Of a stretch of 64,000 bases of DNA, positions 57,701 through 64,000 are shown in pieces (the first letter of the stretch is position 1; every line of letters starts with the position of its first letter). Origin of the DNA: Antedon mediterranea (Eukaryota; Animalia; Echinodermata); contig NC_092678.1 of assembly GCF_964355755.1 (NCBI RefSeq), forward strand, positions 19,919,365 to 19,983,364, written 5' to 3'. A program made the translations under genes and the position numbers. The notes beneath the pieces were generated by a model that worked only from the letters and a program-made list of their open reading frames with translations, ran no database searches and had not been told where the DNA came from.

Positions 57701-60700
57701 AAATATATAGCTCATGTTTTTCTGTTTTCTTTTCGTCTCTTAATTTAATTTTCTTGTTTTGTTTTTAGATAAACAATTTGATGATGAATAACGGTTATTT
57801 AAATTTTTTTTAAATAAAGTCATTTTTTTTTATCTTAATCATAAAAGAATTGTATAATAATTGATTATAATTTTAGACATATCAAAATAATTGTAATAAT
57901 ATCTCTATAGACAAGGCAACTGAAGCACAGCAGCCAGCTGAAACCTCCACCTCTGATGAGGATGTCGAGCTTGACAATCTGGCAACAAGTCTTGTGGAAG
58001 AAACTTTGTCAATAGTAATGGCAGAACACCTGGCCACTGTTCATGACAATGAAGCACATCATCCAACTGCAGGTAGGCCAGCCTTGCATAATAGCTTATC
58101 CTCTAATATTTTCTTTAGGACATCCCACATATTTTTTTTTTAGTTTATATTAGTATGCTGTTGGAATATATTACTTTATAATTAAAGTTTAATTTGAAAA
58201 AACTTTTATCACAGTCAACCCACTCACCCCTAGCCTGAATGACTCATTACAACTAACAAGCGCAAAACATCTGCGATCGTCACAAAAACTAGACACGTCC
58301 ACCTGCCAGACATCTCAACTTGCAGTCAAGAGCACCAACGACAAAGATGTACAACTCAAAAAGCGTGCAGCTACATTTGTGCAAGATATCCTAGCCACTG
58401 CAGTTGCAAAATGCCAAGCCATAGAACAAGACGAGAACAACACTGACCGTAAGATCATACACTACCATCATGCCTAAGCCAATTGAAAGGCCTACCACTA
58501 GCATAAATAGATATCGAAAAGTAATTCAAGCCATCAAATGTGGAGCATGTGTACCTAAAGACAACCTCTCCCCAACACCCAACCCAGTCCACCTCGTTAA
58601 ATAAACCAATCAATCTCTCATCTTTTTTTTATAATTGGTTAAATTCTCTTTCACATTTATATTTAGATTTGTTCTCAGAATTGAAGGACAAAATATATAG
58701 CTCATGTTTTTCTGTTTTCTTTTCGTCTCTTAATTTAATTTTCTTGTTTTGTTTTTAGATAAACAATTTGATGATGAATAACGGTTATTTAAATTTTTTT
58801 TAAATAAAGGCTTTTTTTTTTATCTTAATCATAAAAGAATTGTATAATAATTGATTATTATAATTTTAGACATATCAAAATAATTGTAATAATATCTTTA
58901 TAGACAAGGCAACTGAAGCACAGCAGCCAGCTGAAACCTCCACCTCTGATGAGGATGTCGAGCTTGACAATCTGGCAACAAGTCTTGTGGAAGAAACTTT
59001 GTCAATAGTAATGGCAGAACACCTGGCCACTGTTCATAACAATGAAGCACATCATCCAACTGCAGGTAGGCCAGCCTTGCATAATAGCTTATCATCTAAT
59101 ATTTTCTTTAGGACATCCCACATATTTTTTTTTTTAGTTTATATTAGTATGCTGTTGGAATATATTACTTTATAATTAAAGTTTAATTTGAAAAAACTTT
59201 TATCACAGTCAACCCACTCACCCCTAGCCTGAATGACTCATTACAACTAACAAGCGCAAAGCATCTGCGATCGTCACAAAAACTAGACACGTCCACCTGC
59301 CAGACATCTCAACTTGCAGTCAAGAGTACCAATGACGAAGATGTACAACTCAAAAAGTGTGCAGCTACATTTGTGCAAGATATCCTAGCCACTGCAGTTG
59401 CAAAATGCCAAGCCATAGAACAAGACGAGAACAACACTGACCGTAAGAACATACACTACCATCATGCCTAAGCCAATTGAAAGGCCTACCACTAGCATAA
59501 ATAGATATCGAAAAGTAATTCAAGCCATCAAATGTGGAGCATGTGTACCTAAAGACAACCTCTCCCCAACACCCACCCCAGTCCACCTCGTTAAATAAAC
59601 CAATCAATCTCTCATCTTTTTTTTATAATTGGTTAAATTCTCTTGAATTGAAGGACAAAATATATAGCTCATGTTTTTCTGTTTTCTTTTCGTCTCTTAA
59701 TTTAATTTTCTTGTTTTGTTTTTAGATAAACAATTTGATGATGAATAACGGTTATTTAAATTTTTTTTAAATAAAGTCTTTTTTTTTTATCTTAATCATA
59801 AAAGAATTGTATAATAATTGATTATAATTTTAGACATATCAAAATAATTGTAATAATATCTCTATAGACAAGGCAACTGAAGCACAGCAGCCAGCTGAAA
59901 CCTCCACCTCTGATGAGGATGTCGAGCTTGACAATCTGGCAACAAGTCTTGTGGAAGAAACTTTGTCAATAGTAATGGCAGAACACCTGGCCACTGTTCA
60001 TGACAATGAAGCACATCATCCAACTGCAGGTAGGCCAGCCTTGCATTATAGCTTATCATCTAATATTTTCTTTAGGACATCCCACATGATTTGTTTTAGT
60101 GTATATCAGTATGCTGTTGGAATATATTACTTTAGAATTAAAGTTTAATTTGAAAAAACTTTTATCACAGGTAACTCACTCACTCTTGGCCTGAATGATT
60201 CATTACAACTAACAAGCGCAAAACATCTGCGATCGACACAAAAACTAGACACGTCCACCTGCCAGACATCGCAACTTGCAGTCAAGAGCATCAACGACGA
60301 AGATATGGAAATCAAACAGCGTGCAGCTACCTTTGTGCAAGATGTCCTAGCCACTGCAGTTGCAAAATGCCAAGCCATAGAACAAGACGAGAACAACACT
60401 GACCGTAAGAACATACACTACCATCATGCCTAAGCCAATTAAAAGGCCTACCACTAGCATAAATAGATATCGAAAAGTAGTTTAAGCCATCAAAGTTGGA
60501 GCATGTGTACCTAATGCCAACCTCTCCCCAACACCCACCACAGTCCACCTCGTTAAATAAACCAATCTCTCATCTTTTTTTTAATAATTGGTTAAATTCT
60601 TGTTCACATTTATATTTAGATTTGTTCTCAGAATTGAAGGACAAAATATATAGCTCATGTTTTTCTTTTTTCTTTTCGTCTCTTAATTTAATTTTCTTGT

Positions 60701-63700
60701 TTTGTTTTTAGATAAAGAATTTGATGATGAATAACGGTTATTTAAATTTTTTTTAAATAAAGTCTTTTTTTTTTATCTTAATCATAAAAGAATTGTATAA
60801 TAATTGATTATAATTTTAGACATATCAAAATAATTGTAATAATATCTTTATAGACAAGGCAACTGAAGCACAGCAGCCAGCTGAAACCTCCACCTCTGAT
60901 GAGGATGTCGAGCTTGACAATCTGGCAACAAGTCTTGTGGAAGAAACTTTGTCAATAGTAATGGCAGAACAACTGGCCACTGTTCATAACAATGAAGCAC
61001 ATCATCCAACTGCAGGTAGGCCAGCCTTGCATTATAGCTTATCATCTAATATTTTCTTTAGGACATCCCACATGATTTGTTTTAGTGTATATTAGTATGC
61101 TGTTGGAATATATTACTTTTGAATTAAAGTTTAATTTGAAAAAAACTTTTATCACAGGCAACTCACTCACTCTTGGCCTTAATGGCTCATTACAATTAAC
61201 AAGCGCAAAACATCTGCGATCGACACAAAAACTAGACACGTGTACCTGTGAGACATCACAATTTGCAGTCAAGAGCAACAATAATGAGGATGTACAACTC
61301 AAACAGCGTGTAGCTACATTTATACAAGATGTCCTAGCCACTGCAGTTGCAAAATGTCAAGCCATAGAGCAAGACGAGAACAACACTGACCGTAAGAACA
61401 TACACTACCTTTATGCCTAAGCCAATTGATAGGCGGCCTAACCAACCGATTTCCTAAACTGTTATATTTATTAACAATTAGAAATCTATATTATAACATA
61501 TCAATAACCCAATTTGTTTTTGCTCTCCCCCTCCTCCTAGACCTCACAACCTATACTTGTACAGATCGATGGTCAGAATATGGAGACACTTTCTTCAGAT
61601 TGAAAGGAAATACTATGGCAGGTGGCCACTTTGTAAGTAACTCATAGACCCTGCCCCACAAAAACATGTACACAGGCAGTGGCATGTGCCTCTTTCAATG
61701 TACGCAGTTTAATGAATGTCAAAAAAGAGGAAAACAAATTCTGCTTCCCAAAAATAATTTTTTCCCAACAAAAGCAAAAACCAGAAAAAGAAAATTTAAG
61801 CAAAATAAAGACGATCTAGGCTACCAAACAACAGGACACTGACCTTCACTACATAAAACGTTATTATGCGGATGCTATACGATTATGCCCAACCCCACAT
61901 TAGGCGACTGGTAGTACCACGGTACCATCCATAGTCCATATTATTTTTTTTTTTTTTACTATGTTTGAATTTTTTATAGGCATCAGATTGCAAAAGCATC
62001 CAGGAACAGAATGACGAAATGGATGAAGCATTTTATAAGTATGAAGTGGAAAGTGATTATGACTGGATAGACATGGGACCTTCAGACCCAAGCGATGAAG
62101 AACCAGATGCCTGAGTGAGGCAGAGAGCTATCGCCCAGAGATTAGCAGCCAAGGCTGCAAGGAGATCTTTGAATATTAACCCTGGTAAGCCAACTGAAGC
62201 CTCCATCTGTGATGATGATGAGGAGCTGAACAATCATCCAACTACAGGTAGGTCAGCCTTGCATAATAGCTTATCATTTAATATTTTCTTTAGGACATCC
62301 CACATGATTTGTTTTAGTGTATATTAGTATGCTGTTGGAATATATTACTTTATAATTAAAGTTTAATTTGAAAAAACTTTTATCACAGTCAACTCACTCA
62401 CTCCTGGCCTGAATGACTCATTACAACTAACAAGCGCAAAACATCTGCGATCGACACTAAAACTAGACACGTCCACCTGCCAGACATCACAACTTGCAGT
62501 CATGTTCACCAATGATGAAGATGTGCATCTCAAACAGCAAGCAGCTACCTTTGTACAAAATGTCCTATCAACTGCAGTTGCAAAATGTCAAGACGAGAAC
62601 AACACTGACCGTAAGAACATACACTATTATCAATTGATAACATACAGTATTTATTTGTAGATATCGAAAAGAAGTTTTAAGCTGTAAAAAAGGAGTGTGT
62701 ACCTAAAGCCAACCTCTCTCCCAACACCCACCCAGTTAAATAGATAAATCAATTTTTCATCTTTTGTTTTTTTAAACAGATTCTTGTTTACATTTGTTCA
62801 TTCTAATTTTTAAAGGAGACAGTATATTAAGCTCATCTTTTTCTGTTTTCTTTTCATCTCTTAATTTCCTTTTCATGCTTTGTTTTTCGACGAAAAATGT
62901 TATGATGAATAAAGAACATTTGAATAAAAAAAAGATAAATATTCATGATTTGTTGTTATAATTGTTATTATTATTGTATAATTTTTAGAATATTAATTAA
63001 TTGTAATAATTATCAAACAAATTTCTCTATAGACAAGGCAACTGAAGCCCAGCAGAATACTGCAGCACAGCAGACTACTGCAGAAAAACAAACAACTGCA
63101 GCCTCCATCTCTGAGGAGGATGAGGAGCTCGACAAGCTTTCAAATTCTGTTGTTCAAGATGTTTTGTCGAAGGTCGCAGAAAATCTTGCCACCGCCAACC
63201 TGCTAACTGAAGAACAGCAGCCACCTGAATCAGCCTACACGGATACAGTAGAGAAAGATCAGAGGAAAGGTACAATATGACTTTTCATTCATATGAATTT
63301 TCATTTAAGCCTTAACCAATCATTTCCATACTGTTATTTTTTTTAACAATTTCAAATCTATATTATAACATATCAGTAACAGAATTTCCTTTTACCCTGC
63401 CCTAGATCTCACAACCGATACTTGCACAGAATACGGAGACCCTTTCTTCGGAATCAAAGGAGATACTGCTATGGCAGGTGGACAATTTGTAAGTAACTCA
63501 TAGACCTCACAAAAACAGGTACACAACAAGCAGTGGCATGAGCCTATTTCAATGTACTTAATTTACTGAATGTGAAAAGAGTGAAAAAATAATTCGGCTT
63601 CCCAAAAATAATTTAAAAATAAAGAAGATCTAGGCTATCAAACAACAGGACAATGACCATCCTTGTACATAAAACGTTTTGTGCGTATGCGATATGATTA

Positions 63701-64000
63701 TGCCCCACCCCACAACATTTCATTAGAGTCCACGGTACCATCCATAATCCGTATTATTTTTTTAAAGTTTTTACTATGTTTGAATTTTTTATAGGCATCA
63801 GATTGCAAAAGCATCCAGGAACAGAATGACGAAATGGATGAAGCATTTTATAAGTATGGAATGGAAAGTGACTATGACTGGATAGACATGGGACCTACAG
63901 ACCCAAGCGACGAAGAACCAGATGCCTGGGTGAGGCAGAGAGCTATCGCCCAAAGATTAGCAGCTAAGGCTGCTATGAAATCATCGAATATTAACCCTGG
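54707..64000 (+). CDS. Copy 5 of the repeat-protein gene; in-frame TGA in exon E+ (62112-62114), so truncated or a possible pseudogene; 3' end outside the window
   Basis: Same exon order as copy 2. gatgccTGAgtgagg here versus gatgccTGGgtgagg in all other E exons. Confidence 0.7.

Larger units (their letters stand above)
1810..64000 (+). repeat. Tandem array of five gene-sized units: ~1810-16368, ~16369-28469, ~28470-42579, ~42580-54230, ~54231->64000
   Basis: Landmark catggatagaaatgtaaacg recurs at ~2171, 16691, 28816, 42929 and 54553. The same exon order and spacer sequences recur in every unit. Confidence 0.97.

Noticed and set aside
1810-64000. Units as rDNA, histone repeats or large transposons
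   Set aside because: No rRNA, histone, transposase or reverse transcriptase sequence was recognised, and the units have no terminal repeats.

Overview
AT-rich eukaryotic (metazoan-looking, GT-AG intron) DNA. Bases 156-1110 (- strand) hold the first three coding exons of the spliceosomal Sm protein F gene (SNRPF). From about 1810 to the window end is a tandem array of five 11.6-14.5 kb units, the last cut off by the window. Each unit carries one + strand multi-exon gene that the ORF track shows only as fragments. Splicing by hand at GT-AG sites gives one open frame of about 960-1300 aa per copy. It begins with a di-cysteine/basic motif (MPISLCCGIKLRLPKCLRRTR) resembling a palmitoylation membrane anchor. 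Then come 9-14 phase 1-1 exons, each encoding an acidic linker plus an amphipathic helix fitting the AKAP / D/D-domain docking pattern (AATFVQDILATA, SNSVVQDVLSKV, ATSLVEETLSIV), and an acidic aromatic tail. My main hypothesis is an expanded, copy-number-variable family of multivalent membrane-anchored AKAP-like scaffolds. The exon model is read from the sequence; the function is inferred from motifs only. Other structure: a possible stop+AATAAA mini terminal exon in most internal repeats, a CRE palindrome upstream of four of five copies, a 37.86 kb higher-order duplication, a nonsense allele in copy 5, a MITE, tiny palindromic insertions with target-site duplications, CTAG/AGGCCT low-complexity DNA and two minisatellites. 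Coordinates were counted by eye and may be off by a few bases.
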